From NCBI RefSeq assembly GCF_009914755.1, contig NC_060926.1: 64,000 bases of DNA. One strand, given 5' to 3'. A model generated the notes under the pieces. It was not told the DNA's origin and did no database searches. It was given only the letters and a program-made list of their open reading frames with translations. Each line of letters begins with the position of its first letter. Position 1 is the first letter of the stretch. Below are positions 1 to 10,679 of the stretch, piece by piece. The stretch comes from the human T2T-CHM13v2.0 reference genome, Homo sapiens. A program made the translations under genes and the position numbers.

Positions 1-59
1 GAAGCAGTTAAGACTTTAAGTTTGGGGAGAAATGATGCCTCTGATTGGTCTTTTTGGGG

Positions 60-416
60 TGTATTAATCCATTCTTAAGCTGCTGATAAAGACATAACAG
101 ACTGGGCAATTTACAAAATAAAGAGAGGTTTAATAGACTTACAGTTCCACGTGGCTGGGGAGGCCTCACAATCACGGCAGAAGGCAAGGAGGAGCAAGTC
201 ACGTCTTACATGGATGGCAGCAGGCAAAGAGAGAGAACTTGTGCAGGGAAACTCCTCTTTGTAAAACTGTCAGATCTCCTGAGACCCATTCACTCTCATG
301 AGAACAGCATGGAAAAAACTTGCCACCATGATTCAATTACCTCCCGCTGAGTTCCTCCTACAACACATGGGATTTCAAGATGAGATTTGAGTAGGCACAT
401 GCAGCCAAACCATATT
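60..416 (-). mobile_element. THE1-family (THE1B-like) MaLR solo LTR
   Basis: Begins TGTATTAATCC and ends CAGCCAAACCATAT, the reverse complement of the THE1 termini. Internal diagnostic ATGGATGGCAGCAGGCAAAGAGAGA. Confidence 0.92.
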
Positions 417-421
417 GGGGG

Positions 422-871
422 TGTCTTAGGTTAGGTTCTCTCGAAACAGATCCTGAGACAGGAATTTGGGTACCATGGTTATTGAGTGAGTGCTCCTTAG
501 AGGAAGGATGTGGATAAACAGGATGGGGAGACGTTAAATGAAGATGTGGTCTCAGCTTGAGTCCAGCTTCAGTCTGATCCCATAGAGAGTTCTGGAGCAT
601 AAATTGAACCACAGTGCTAGCCCCATTTTGAGGTGAGGGGCTGGACTTTTGTTCCCTCCTTTCAATCAGTCATTGACTGCAGGCTGTTCAATAGGGAAGG
701 GATAAATAGGGGTGTAACTTTAGAGCTAGATGGCTCGACTTCCATGCTGGGTAATTCCCTGAAAAAGAGACAGCTGGGGGCTTTAGCACCAGCACCCACA
801 GCAGCAGGGGTCTGGGTGCATCAGTCTGTGAAAGCGAATCTTGGCAGTTTCCCAATGGTGTCTCCTGTAGA
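422..871 (-). mobile_element. LTR16-family (ERVL) solo LTR
   Basis: Reverse strand ends ...CCTGTCTCAGGATCTGTTTCGAGAGAACCTAACCTAAGACA, the LTR16-type 3' terminus. Internal similarity across the length. Confidence 0.75.
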
Positions 872-1559
872 GCATTGATAGCTCTGGTTGATGTTAGCTT
901 TCCCTGTCACTGACTGGTCCTTTATTATCCTTTATTATGGCTTATAAATGTCAGTTTTCAGTGTCTGAATGCATTTCACTGAGAGAAGGAAAGAAAAGAG
1001 GCGCTGTAGAGGGAAAAGGAAGTGGGGAAAAGCCTAGACTTTTTTTAAGGAGAGGAAATGTGCCAGTGAGCTTTGTGGAAGTTGTTTCAGCATGGAGCAG
1101 TTATACATGTTGCCAGATGTGGAGTCTCAACAATCTCAGAGGGTCAGCCTCTTTAGCTATGAAGTGTTGCTTTATGCCCTCCAGAAATTATCCCTCTCTC
1201 CCCTCCACCTGCTGCTCATCCCATCCCCCTTTTCTCTCTACTCACCCTAATGATCCATCTCACAAGAGATGGCATGTCTCAAATGGCAAGAACAGGAAGT
1301 GACAAACATAGACAGTGTTGGTAATATCGAAATGAAAAGAAATAATTGTCTCTGATTAAGATGAGACTAGAAAGACATTGACATTGCTCTTTGTAGCATG
1401 TACTAGGGAGCACCCAAATCTCTAAGAGAGGACTAAAGTGTGGCATTTTGCAAACTTACTTTACAATTGTACCCATTGTCTGTTGACTATTCAGTGGGAA
1501 TAACATTCTACAAAAACATTCTTTAGCAAATGTGGATGTAGGCAATGAGATCCAGGGGG

Positions 1560-2160
1560 TTTTCAAGAAATACAGGTGAAGATGACATTTGTGCTTTAGC
1601 AATAACTCTTAAAGAAATGTGGAGGATGGGTTAGAGAGGAAACAGAATGTCAGGGAGGCCAGTGAGGGCTATTTCAGTAGTCTAAGTAAAAATATTAAAG
1701 TCCTGAACTAATCTTAGTAGTTATTAAAGCAACCTCCCAGATAACGCAGGATCCCATATCCCTGACAGAAGAGCCACTGATGCTTCTGTGTCCATGAAAC
1801 AGCTAATAAAAACTGATGTTTGAGCCTAAGCATTAAGAATGTTTTCCTGATAGGGAGCTAAAATAATCTTTGAAAATCACACCCAAAATATTAGTCCTGC
1901 CCTTTGAAGCTATGCAGAACAGGTTGCTTGTTCACTAAGAAAAAGATGTATATATCAAGTGCTGTCTTACAAGTGGGAATACAAAGGTGAGGAAGGCATA
2001 GCCCTAGCTCTCAAGGAGCTGAATATCTAGTGAGAAGAAAAAGACATACTCAAGTTTTGTTGCAATAAATTTCAGCAGAGGAAAGCTATAGGGATTTTAG
2101 AGGAAGAGGTGAATGACTGTCCAGGCATGCTAAGAGGATTCATGGTGCCTTTATGAAATA
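1560..2160 (-). mobile_element. L2 LINE fragments (two degraded pieces)
   Basis: GGGAGGCCAGTGAGGGCTATTTCAGTAGTCTAAG and CCCTAGCTCTCAAGGAGCTGAATATCTAGTG resemble the antisense L2 3' region. Confidence 0.55.
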
Positions 2161-2839
2161 ATCCTTCTGATATAGGAGGGAAGGAATCAAGTCCATCCTA
2201 CCCCTACCTCCTGTTTGTTTGTTTCTCAGTTTGCCCAGTTCTTGAACTTGTTCTTTTATTACATGAATCTAAATTTCATTGAATCCCATTCCTTCTTCCT
2301 CTGGAGATTTTGTACTTTTCCAATGTTTTTCTTTAAATGTAGGCTTCCAATCATTGGTCATTGTCTCAGCTGTGATCTGAGGAACGTAGAATTCAGCATA
2401 GTGTGCTGGGAAGTGGCAATGTACCCAAAATGTGTGTGGAAGGCTTGCCAGTATATTAGCAATACCTTCCCTCTACCCTTTGAGTTCTCCTTAGAGGTTT
2501 AACTCACTTTCTAAGCCTCCAGAAACTGTATCCTATGTTCCTTTATATTGTATTAGAAATAAAGAATTGGTTAAACTCAAAATAAATAGATGTTAGTGCA
2601 TTAACACAAGCCTGTACCCATTATAAAAATGTATTTGGCAAAGAAGGTAATGTTTAACCCAAAGAAATATCCTTTAGGGAAGGGATTTTAGGCACCTTAA
2701 TGTAAAATACACATTTGGTAAAGAGGCCCTCTTCAGTACACTTGAGTCACACCATATATTCAATTTCTGACTTCATAAGAGGCTAGGTCCTGATAAAAAT
2801 ATTGAAGGAACACATGTGTTAAAAGTGTAGTATAACATC

Positions 2840-3170
2840 TACTATTATTGGATGCTACATAAAAAGCATGGAGCTAAGCAATTCTCCATGTATTATGATC
2901 ATGCAATTTCAACAACCACTCTATAAGATATATGCTATTATCTCCATTTTACAGATGAGGAAACTGAGGCTTAGAAGTATTGTTCGAGATCGAGTGAAAG
3001 AGGCCTAGTTTTCAGATCAAGAAATTTGATTCCAGTTTTGATTTTATCACTTACTGTGATTTTCGCACAAGTCATGTTACTATGTTTAACCTTTTGTTTC
3101 TCACCTGTAAAATGAAGGAAGATGACTAAACCATTTCTTGGGGCTGTTCCAGTTGTATGATTTTATGAAC
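2840..3170. mobile_element. Two adjacent MIR SINE fragments (minus then plus)
   Basis: MIR core CCATTTTACAGATGAGGAAACTGAGGC (minus), followed by TTTCTCACCTGTAAAATGAAG...ATGATTTTATGA (plus, MIR3-like end). Confidence 0.75.
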
Positions 3171-3904
3171 ATCTCCATGAAAGTATCTTTATTTAGCAAA
3201 TAGCCAAATCTGAGAAAAAGGCAAATTTATTAGTCTTTCTAGAACTCTTTAGCATCCTACCTTTACCATGAAGCATTACTCCACATTGGCTGGCCTGTAT
3301 TCTTTCCAACTCCTAAACAGTAGCTCTTCTTTCAAATGTCTCCCTCTATTTAGGCACAAGCAAGGTGCTGAAAAGCATGAGAAATATGAGCATAATACAA
3401 GGAAATCGATAAGGTTAGGAATCTTCACACGTTTAACTTAATCATATCAGACACTGAAAACAAAGTCATATTTTATTGCCAAAGAGAAATGCTCTTTGGC
3501 AAACCATGATAGTAATCTGATTGTGAACAATGCTTATTCATCATTTCTGGGGCACTGGCTGCTGTGCCAGCCAAGGGGACAGCTGACCTAATGGGCTTGA
3601 AGTTGCATTCCTCAACATTAGTTATGTTGTTGTGTGCAATCACCAACACAAAGATAGTGTACATTGGTCAATCAGAAAATATGGGCTCCTTGCTTGTTTC
3701 CCGTTCTGTTTTTATTGACGATTGGGGGATAAATTGCACAGTGATAGCCAAGAGCATAAATTTTCTTTGTACTTTTATATAATCTTGTTTCTCATTTTAC
3801 AATATCTGTATTTATTCCTAAAGTTGAGAAGAGGATCAGACATTACAAAACAATCTGGAAAAGGTATGGTAATAATCTAAAATATCCCATAGAAAACACC
3901 TTTA

Positions 3905-4276
3905 TGTGTTGCCCTAGGTCACTGAGGCAGTTATAACAAAAAATACTATAGACTGGATGGTTTAAAGAAAAAAACAGTTATTTCTTGCAGTTCTGGAGAC
4001 TGGGAAGTCCAAGCTCAAGATATGGCAGATTTAGTGCCTGGTGAGAACCTGCTTCCTGGTTCATAGAAGTCTGTCTTCTTACTGTGTCCTCGCATGATGG
4101 AAGGAATGAGAGAGCCCTCTTGGGTCTCTTTTATAAGAGCACTAATCCCATTTATGAAGTCTCTACCCTCATTACCTAATCACCTCCCCAAAGCCCCCAT
4201 CTCCTGGTACCATCACTTTGGTAAGGGTTTCAACATATAAATTAGGGTGGGGGATACAAATATTTAGTTAATTACA
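3905..4276 (-). mobile_element. MLT1A/MLT1A0 MaLR solo LTR
   Basis: CAGTTCTGGAGACTGGGAAGTCCAAG and CTCTTTTATAAGAGCACTAATCCCATT...CCTAATCACCTCCC are typical of antisense MLT1A. Confidence 0.85.
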
Positions 4277-5041
4277 TGTGTATTTATGTCTCAGAGATGA
4301 GGAGGTCTTAGTTTCAAATAGTTACACCTATGCAATTATCATTCCAAACTTAACTTTTCCTGTAATCCTCTCCTTTTGATGTCATACCATTTGTACACTG
4401 TGTAAACAGTTACTCTGGGACATAGTCCATAATTTACACTCCCTTTTCCTTAATTTTACTTTGAGGTTCCTTCTCAGGGCTTCCTTTGGACTCTGTGGTT
4501 ACCTCTATCATAACTCTTATCACATAGAATGAGATATAATTATGGTTGTGAGATCAATCTTTAGACGAGAGTTTATTGATTGTTTGTGACTAGCTTTGTG
4601 TTAAATGTGGGGTCACTAAATCCTGCATACACTTCTTTTCAACCAGGTATTGTTTCAATAATTCCCTCTATCTCTCTATAAAAAATTGAATTCCTTAAAC
4701 CCGGGAGTCCTTATGGATCAGAGCAAGTGAGCAGCACATCGCATTCTACCAATTTAGCTTTTTTACAGAATCCCAGTCCAAATGGGACTATTCCGTAATG
4801 TTCTGTGGTCGTAACTGTTGTCCAGTGTGATTGGCCTGGTTTTCTTAGGCATGAAACATGATGTATTAATTATGATCTGAACAGTGAGCCAGAAGTTACT
4901 GTATCTAGTTTGACAGTATTAACATTTATGGCACATAGTTAAACAAGGACTTTTGATTCTGAGGTAGGAGGAGTTGGGAAGATATGAGCAGAATTTTTAT
5001 ACACGGGGGATTCTGATTAGAGGATCAACAATTACAAAGTA

Positions 5042-5385
5042 TAGTTATGCACCGTTTAATGACAGAGATATGTTCTGAGAAATGTGTTGTTAGGCGATTT
5101 TGTCATTATGCAAACATCACAGAGTATACATACACAAACCTAGATGGTATAGCCCACTACACACCTAGGTTATATGGTACAGCCTATTGCTCCTAAGATA
5201 CAAACCTGTACAGCATGTTACTGTACTGAATACTGTAGGCAATTGTAGCACAATGATAAGCACGTATATAAACATATCTGAACATAGAAAAGAAATAGTC
5301 AAAACATTGTGTTATAATCTTATGGGACTACCGTCATATATATGGTTTGATTTTGTCCAAAACGTCTTTCTGAGACACATGACTG
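5042..5385 (-). mobile_element. Tigger3a (MER7A) non-autonomous TcMar DNA transposon
   Basis: Degenerate terminal inverted repeats TAGTTATGC...CATGACTG with TA at the left junction. Internal CCTGTACAGCATGTTACTGTACTGAATACTGTAGGCAATTG. Confidence 0.9.
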
Positions 5386-6289
5386 TTGTCTCACACAATA
5401 AAGAGATAGAACCTTCATAAATGGAGAGTGGAGTGTCAATGCAAAGTGGGATTAAATCAGGAACTTACTTGAAGACGGAAAGAGGAGGAACACCTTCAGC
5501 ACCATCTCTCCCATCCTTATCCCAAAACACTGATGACTTTACAGCCACCTCCCATACACACTGCAAGCACAGGGCACTGCAAGAAGCTGTGGTTACAGAG
5601 GAGACACTGCCTAAGGGATCAGTCTGAGTGCCACTGGTATCTTATGGAAATACAAGCCAGGGACTATCATAGTCAATGGAAGAGGATTCGTGTTAATGTC
5701 CCACAGTCAGCCAGAAGTGCTTGTGACTCTATGCATAGGCACAGTGCCTTTGAAAATTGACTTTCAATCACTTTGTGAGAGTGAACACTGTTACTGCAGG
5801 GTCTAGCTGCTCCACCCATTGTTCTAGATGGGAGATAAAACAGCCTAACTCTAGCTGGATGCTCAGTCCAAACTCTAGGATGAGGGTCAAGGCAGGGACT
5901 GCACTATTCATTCATGTTTGCTTTTCTGGGACTCCTATAACTGATGCCTTGGATTTGTGGGATGGTTGGTTATGACCAGTGGCTACACCTGAGGAACTCA
6001 CTGTAGCTTGATGGTTCATATAGATTTGAGATTACCAAAATGTTATTCAACATTCATACTAGATGGTCTTGAGTATACTTCAAATTCAGCATGTTCTCAT
6101 CTGAACTCACATCTCAACATCACCACACTGTCCCTTTCCTTTTTCTTATATTTTCAGAGTATCAGTATAAATCTCATTGCACCAGGCAGAATCTGAGGAG
6201 AAATCCTTGCAGCTCCTTCTTCCTGATTCATCATCAAAGCCTACTGATTTTGCCTCCAAACCATTCACTTCTGTTCCTCTTTACATATG

Positions 6290-6690
6290 GACAATGGGAG
6301 GAACTGACTAACCACTTGGGCTTGTCATTCTGTTTGACCCCTTTCCCCAGATGTATTCTTTGTCCTCTGCCCTATTCTGCCTTGACCTTGACTTATGCCC
6401 TCCAAGTGGGTCTGGCTGAGAAATAACTGGCAAGAGATGAGCATTGGGAAGGGGAGATAGGAAAATATTTATCTCCATCTCTTGCTTTGTCAGCTCTTCT
6501 GGTTGCTACTGCCCCTACCTGCCAGGCTTTGGTAAACTGCCCCTCTCCTTGTCCCTTCAAGCTATGATGTGGTGCGCCAATGGCTGAGTCTTCCTTTTTG
6601 ACTCCTGAATTTTGCTCATATCTGTGTTAGTGACTCCTTTGCTACATTTTCTTTAGGCCAACCACTTTTTTTCTTGAAGAACGCTGGACA
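6290..6690 (+). mobile_element. LTR33-like ERVL solo LTR
   Basis: CTGGCAAGAGATGAG...GGTAAACTGCCCCTCTCCTTGTCCCTTCAAG resembles LTR33. Confidence 0.6.
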
Positions 6691-7071
6691 ACCCACTATT
6701 TTTCCCATACTCATGTTGCCCACTTCAAAACTGCTCTTCATCCTCTAGAGAGTGGTCTTTTAAAGGGTAAATTTGACCATCACTTTTCTGATTAAAACTC
6801 TCCAAGGGGATCTTGTTGATCTTAATATTGACAGAAATAGCTCTAATGTGGCCCACAGCCTGTATGAGCTGACTCCTGTCTGCTTCTCCATTGTCATCTC
6901 TTGTCACAGTCACTGGGTTCCAGCCATGTTGCTCTTTTATTGTTCCTTGAAATTGCCATGGGACCTCCAGTTTTGAAGGTCTTCTTTAATTCTTCTGTTT
7001 TCAGAAATTCTCTGCTCCTTTCTTGCCTCCTCCCATCCCTAGCCTGCAATTTTATAGGAAGTGTTACATTC

Positions 7072-7440
7072 CTTTTTAAAAATTTTTATTTTAAATTCAG
7101 TGGTAGATGTGCAGGATGTGCAGGTTTGTTCCATAGGTAAATGTGTGTCAGGGGGGTTTGTTGTACAGATTATTTCATCACACAGGTATTAAGCCTAGTG
7201 TCCATTAGTTGTTTTTCCTGATCCTCTCCCTCCTCCCTCCCTCTGTCCTCTGATAGGCCCTGTTGTGTGTTGTTCTCCTCTATGTGTCCATGTGTTCTCA
7301 TCATTTAGCTCCCACTTACAAGTGAGAACATGTGGTATTTGGTTTTCTGTTCCTTTAATTTGCTAAGGATGATGGCCTCCAGCTCCATCTATGTCCCTGC
7401 AAAGAACATGATCTCATTCCTTTTTTTATGGCTGCACAGT
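7072..7440 (-). mobile_element. 5'-truncated L1PA (approx. L1PA13-15) 3' end
   Basis: Antisense L1 3' UTR with poly-T at left. 16-bp TSD AGGAAGTGTTACATTC (7056-7071) / AGGAAATGTTACATTC (7441-7456). Confidence 0.93.
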
Positions 7441-8835
7441 AGGAAATGTTACATTCTTAGAGAAAATCTTCCTCTTCATGACACTTTATGACATTTCTGC
7501 CACAGGAGTTTGATTCTATAGTTAATATGTTCTCATAACACCTTATATCTTTGCTCCAAAGCATTTATGATGGAGTATAATTACATAGAATTGTTTCATT
7601 GATATAAAATAAGTTCCAGTGTGTGTGGAAGGATGTTCTGTGCCTTGTTTTTCATTTTATCTGTAACAATTTGCACAACTTGTGGCAAATGATTATCATT
7701 TTATAATAGTTATTGGGTAAATAATTAAAAAGTATCTCTAGCTAAGGCCAACCAGGACAGCAAAAATAAAACTAAAATGAAGAGCACTTGAATGAGACAG
7801 CAACAGCAGTGAAAGTAGCCTTCCATGATTATTATCGAAATATCTGTTGGGAGTTAAGCTGAAAACTGACTTGAGGAGTTTGGGAATAAACATAGCCCAC
7901 AGTCAGAGGAAGGGGCTCATTCAAAAACATTTAGTTGCTCTCAGGTCAACGATAGGTCTCAAATTCCATTTTTCACGAGCATCCACAATAAAACCTCAGA
8001 GCACAAGCCAATAACTCAAGTACTCAAATGCCCTCCAGGGTTCCTTCCAAGTTGCTCTGCTGACCTGAGCTCATTACTTTTATATAATGATTGCAGCAGA
8101 AGCATCTATGGAAGTACTGTCTACAATGAGATAGTCAAAAAAATACTAAGGAGATAATTACAGTATTAATTCTTAAGTTTTGCAGAATTAATTAAACATA
8201 AAAAATATTATTTTGGAACATCAAGTTTGGATATATGGTGACAAAACAAAACCACTGCTGGCCAGTGAGAACTTCTAGGGAATCTATATTATACATTTTT
8301 ACATTATGTGAATTTGCATAAGTAAATTATCCAGAATAATTTACTCATGTCAATTAACAGAAAAAAAAACATGACTTAATTAAAATCTCATTACAGGAAC
8401 TCTCTTCAATCAATAATTTTGGAAAGTGACAGACAAAGATGGTCCACAGGGGGATACATGAGGACAAACATAGCTTTAGATAAGACTGTGTTTGCACCCT
8501 AGACTGGAATGTCTCTTCCTCAAACATGTATTAAGCCATTCCATTTACTGAGCACCTCTTATATTCTAAGAACTGTACTTGTCATCGTGGTGGGGGAAGG
8601 GAGGCATAAATAAGCTGTGATACTTGGGACAGGACAACCAAAACCTAGTTTCCTTCAAATAGGACTTGAGTCACTCATAGAAGTCTTTCCTAAATATTCC
8701 GGTCTTCAAGAATTTCTCTGAAGACTTCTAAAAAGTACTGCTTATGTCACGTGTGAATCCTTTCTTGATGATGATGATGATAGAGAAGTATTTATTATGA
8801 AAGAAAGAAAGAGAAGGAGAGAGAGAAAGAATTGA

Positions 8836-9065
8836 CATGAGCCAATTCCCAAAATAAATCTTTTATATATATATGTATATATCTCTCCCTATATATATCT
8901 ATGTATACCATATATATATATTTATATGTTACAGATAAAATGAATACATATATATGTATTCATATATATATATTTATATGTTACAGATAAAATGAATACA
9001 TATATATATATACCTATACACACATATCTCCTATTCTGTTTCTCTTGAGAACCCTGATTGATACA
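8836..9065 (+). mobile_element. Orphan MLT2B LTR 3'-end fragment (local duplicate)
   Basis: GAGCCAATTCCC-AAATAAATC, then a TA-rich tract, then TCTCTTGAGAACCCTGATTGATACA. Matches the 3' end of the LTR at 9203-9807. Confidence 0.8.
8909..9011. repeat. 52-bp tandem duplication in AT-rich tract
   Basis: CATATATATATATTTATATGTTACAGATAAAATGAATACATATAT starts at both 8909 and 8961. Confidence 0.9.
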
Positions 9066-9202
9066 TAGATAGAAGAGTGTATGTAAAACGGAAGCAAATA
9101 GATCTTCATGGAAGATCAGTTGGGTATGAAAGCAAAGAGCTATGAAAAGTATATGATGCTTATTTGCTTATTGTTACTTGTACAGATTTTGATATGTATT
9201 AT

Positions 9203-9648
9203 TGTAATGATTACTTTTATGTCAACATGACTGAACTAAGGGATGCTCATATATCTTGTGAAACACTATTTCTGGGTGTCTGTGAGGATGTTTCTGGAAG
9301 AGACTAGCATATGAATGGGTAGACAGCATCAAGAAGATTGCCCTCCCCATTGTGGGTAGGCGTCATCTAATCCACTGAGGGGCGAAATAGAACAAAGAGG
9401 CTGAGGAAGGGAGAATTTGCTTTCCGTTTGAAACATCCATCTTCTCCTGCCTGTAGACGTGGGTGCTCCCAGTTCTCAGGTTTTTAGACTCGGATCAAAA
9501 TATATGCCATCATTTCTCTCAATTCTCAGGCCTTCAGACTCAGACTGAGTTACACCACCAGCTTTCCTAGTTCTCCAGCTTGCAGAGAGCAGACTGTGGG
9601 ACTCCTTGGCCTCCCATAACTGCACGAGCCAATTCCCATAATAAATCT

Positions 9649-9715
<67 letters not shown>

Positions 9716-9807
9716 GATACACACCATATATATCTCTCTATATATATGTATACCATATATATATGTATATATACACACATATTCTCTTGAGAACCCAGAC
9801 TGATATA
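9203..9807 (+). mobile_element. MLT2B (ERVL) solo LTR
   Basis: Starts TGTAATGATTACTTTTATGTCAAC and ends GAGAACCCAGACTGATATA. The internal TA/CA microsatellite lies where MLT2 elements typically carry one. Confidence 0.9.
9651..9714. repeat. Compound microsatellite (AT)20(AC)12
   Basis: Uninterrupted AT run 9651-9690 followed by AC run 9691-9714. Confidence 0.95.
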
Positions 9808-10100
9808 TAGATAGCAGAGTGTATGAAACGTATGCACAGTCTATAAATTATATAGTAATCACCTATCTACCCACTTACCTACCCACTACCCAGGTAAAGA
9901 ATTAGAATATGGCCAGTGTCTTAGAAACTTTCTGTATGTCTGTCCTCGATTACATTCTGTTTTATCCCACCCTCCAGAAGTACTCACCATCCTGTTTTTA
10001 GGTTAATTACTTCATTGCTTATACTTATGATATTATCAACAGTGTAAATGTTTTCAAATAATATGTGGATTAGTTTTGAAATTTGAATAGCTGTGTAAGA
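9808..10100 (-). mobile_element. Old L1 (L1ME-like) 3' end fragment
   Basis: CCCACTACCCAGGTAAAGAATTAGAATATGGCCAG...CCAGAAGTACTCACCATCCTG resembles antisense L1ME 3' UTR. Confidence 0.55.
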
Positions 10101-10679
10101 AAAGAGCAATATTGCCACTATTACACAATGCCTCCCAAGAGAAGAGAAATAGAAGTCTGAGAAATCTCATGGTCCCAACTTCATGGAAAGTTTACATGGA
10201 TGAGTCTCCTCTAGGCATGTCAGAGGCCCCACTCAGACCACGTGGTGGGGTTAAGGTGTGTACCATGTACTGGATATCCAGCAGGGATATGATCAGGGGT
10301 ATTCTCTGCTTCTGGACTCATCGTTCCCTACCTACAGCTCTCAGAGTGGGTCAAAGCTGAACATTTCTGTGAAGCAAATTGAGTGTCTTCAGCTGATTCA
10401 GGAAGCATGGCAGAGTGGACAGGATATTTATTAGCACATTGACAAGACAAAGTCAGACCAGCTACTATTGAGAATCATGCTTACCAAGGAATTTTATTCT
10501 CTGGTAAAAAGTTGGTATGAGGTGTATGTATCATGGCATTGGGCATCTTAGCGTGTATAACTTTCAGTGCATCTGACTCTTGGGGTGCATTGGTCCAAAC
10601 TCTGGGTTGCCCTTGAATGGGGGGAACTCTGTCCTTCTGATATAACATTTTATGGTGCTCCATAGATTCTCACATCCTT

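Larger units (their letters stand above)
6060..7730 (+). mobile_element. L2 LINE 3' region, interrupted by LTR33 and L1PA insertions
   Basis: Colinear L2-like segments at about 6060-6285, 6700-7071 and 7441-7730, pyrimidine-rich on the sense strand. Confidence 0.65.

Noticed and set aside
8836-9807. Two-LTR provirus remnant
   Set aside because: The left copy is only a 3' end and includes the host flank of the right LTR. No internal ERVL sequence or primer-binding site lies between them.
9476-9837. ORFs with YIYI/CVCV/THTH runs
   Set aside because: Translation of TA/CA microsatellites.
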